Below are positions 58,255 to 58,715 of a DNA stretch of 58,715 nt, piece after piece. Under the pieces are notes generated by a model. It had not been told where the DNA came from and did not search any database. It saw only the letters and a list, made by a program, of their open reading frames with translations. Origin of the DNA: Chromera velia (lineage: Eukaryota); NCBI GenBank assembly GCA_018398765.1, contig JAHBMJ010000030.1, positions 1 to 58,715 of the forward strand, read 5' to 3'. A program made the position numbers and the translations under genes. Position 1 is the stretch's first letter; every line of letters begins with the position of its first letter.

Positions 58255-58715
58255 GTGAGACGGAAACGGGGAAGGAGGGGTAGAGGAGCATGTTCTTGGG
58301 GCTGTTTGTTGAAGGAGTCGCTGTGTGGGGTCTTGACCCTTTGCTTGTTCACAAAAGTGAGACGGAAACGGGGAAGGAGGAGTAGAAAGCACGCTCAGAG
58401 CATGTTCTTGGGACTGTTTGTTGAAGGAGTCGCTGTGTGGGGTCTTGACCCTCTGCTTGTTCACAAAAGCGAGATGGAAACGGGGAAGGAGGGGTAGAAA
58501 GCACGCTCAGAGCATGTTCTTGGGGCTGTTTGTTGAAGGAGTCGCTGTGTGGGGTCTTGACCCTCTGCTTGTTCACAAAAGTGAGACGGAAACGGGGAAG
58601 GAGGGGTAGAGGAGCATGTTCTTGGGGCTGTTTGTTGAAGGAGTCGCTGTGTGGGGTCTTGACCCTTTGCTTGTTCACAAAAGTGAGACGGAAACGGGGA
58701 AGGAGGAGTAGAAAG
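58216..58715. repeat. Minisatellite of 102/112-bp units built from an exon end plus splice donor
   Basis: Units start at 58216, 58318, 58430, 58542, 58644, each containing …CTTGTTCACAAAA|GTGAGACGG (one copy GCGAGA). Confidence 0.9.

Overview
Eukaryotic, intron-rich genomic DNA: GT-AG introns packed with microsatellites, frequent TGCATGCA motifs and one N-gap. The overall style suggests an alveolate of the chromerid/apicomplexan type, but this is inference only. Splicing ORF fragments by phase gives about nine genes: a possible small secreted Cys-rich protein (-); a 3-exon hybrid GAF-HisKA-HATPase-REC histidine kinase (-); two inverted 9-exon paralogues of a secreted modular protein (acidic domain / RxL / Arg-Gly-Pro / Gly-Tyr-Trp / Cys-His-Met repeats) at 14.3-20.3 kb (+) and 51.7-56.7 kb (-); an uninterrupted bacterial-type group II PLP decarboxylase (-) head-to-head with a 9-exon, signal-bearing tubulin-tyrosine-ligase-like ATP-grasp gene (+); a DUF3429/TMEM69-like gene (-); a kinesin-14 (+); and a membrane-protein gene cut by the window edge. 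Gaps between convergent genes hold AT-rich transposon debris. The most unusual signals are (1) a recurrent short AT-rich palindrome-derived insert (TTTTCATACAGAAT/ATTCTGTATGAAAA) flanked by 29-57 bp host duplications that mostly overlap splice sites, (2) the wall/adhesive-like protein pair, which shares an identical 54-bp hairpin downstream of the stop codon, and (3) the decarboxylase / ATP-grasp ligase pair next to one of these Glu- and Tyr-rich genes.
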